In this document: positions 63,989 through 64,000 of the stretch, in pieces
Numbering within the stretch: position 1 is the stretch's first letter
Layout of the letters: every line of letters begins with the position of its first letter
From: Podarcis tiliguerta
Lineage: Eukaryota
Direction: 5' to 3' (one strand)
Length of the DNA stretch: 64,000 nucleotides
Assembly (NCBI GenBank): GCA_965153285.1
Contig: OZ229114.1
Notes under the pieces: model-generated
What the model was told of the DNA's origin: nothing
The model's input: only the letters and a program-made list of their open reading frames with translations
Database searches by the model: none
Made by a program: the position numbers and the translations under genes

Positions 63989-64000
63989 ATCAACGAGACG
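63989..64000 (+). CDS. Prominin exon start (INET...), truncated by window edge
   Basis: Strong pyrimidine tract plus ttgcag, phase 0 matches the preceding exon. Confidence 0.75.

Larger units (their letters stand above)
41061..64000 (+). other. Prominin-family gene (prominin-3 / prominin-1-A-like), 3' part beyond window
   Basis: 16 GT-AG exons join in frame over 1776 nt. Prominin hallmarks: VHSFL..VQPN.FP, TM1 followed by CCCRCCGHCGG, TM3-TM4 with PTKRSCLANTGG, LDTP and C..N....TLHL motifs. Exon sizes 206/121/64/90/75/64/160/153/124/85 match PROM1 architecture as I recall it. Confidence 0.95.

Overview
This is vertebrate genomic DNA from a squamate reptile, most likely a lacertid lizard, judged from Sauria/Squam1 SINEs, Squam3 SINEs with (CTT)n tails, squamate CR1/L2/L1/Penelope fragments and non-mammalian LDB1 residues. 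Two intron-containing genes lie in tandem on the + strand. (1) LDB1: ten coding exons from 14008 to 23081 and a 3' UTR to about 25310. The 25-nt first coding exon of the long isoform is not visible in the window. (2) A prominin-family pentaspan glycoprotein gene, probably the non-mammalian prominin-3 / prominin-1-A-like paralogue. It has a CpG-island promoter at about 38.6-39.5 kb and 16 coding exons from 41061 running off the right edge (592 codons, intact frame). The rest is transposon-rich intron and intergenic DNA. The most notable observations are: the prominin appears to lack a cleavable signal peptide; a TSD-flanked, ORF-less bipartite RTE retroelement; decayed Penelope-type hammerhead motifs; MITE-borne long hairpins in introns of both genes; and a LID-less LDB1 read-through isoform. 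All homology calls are from recognition by eye; no searches were run.
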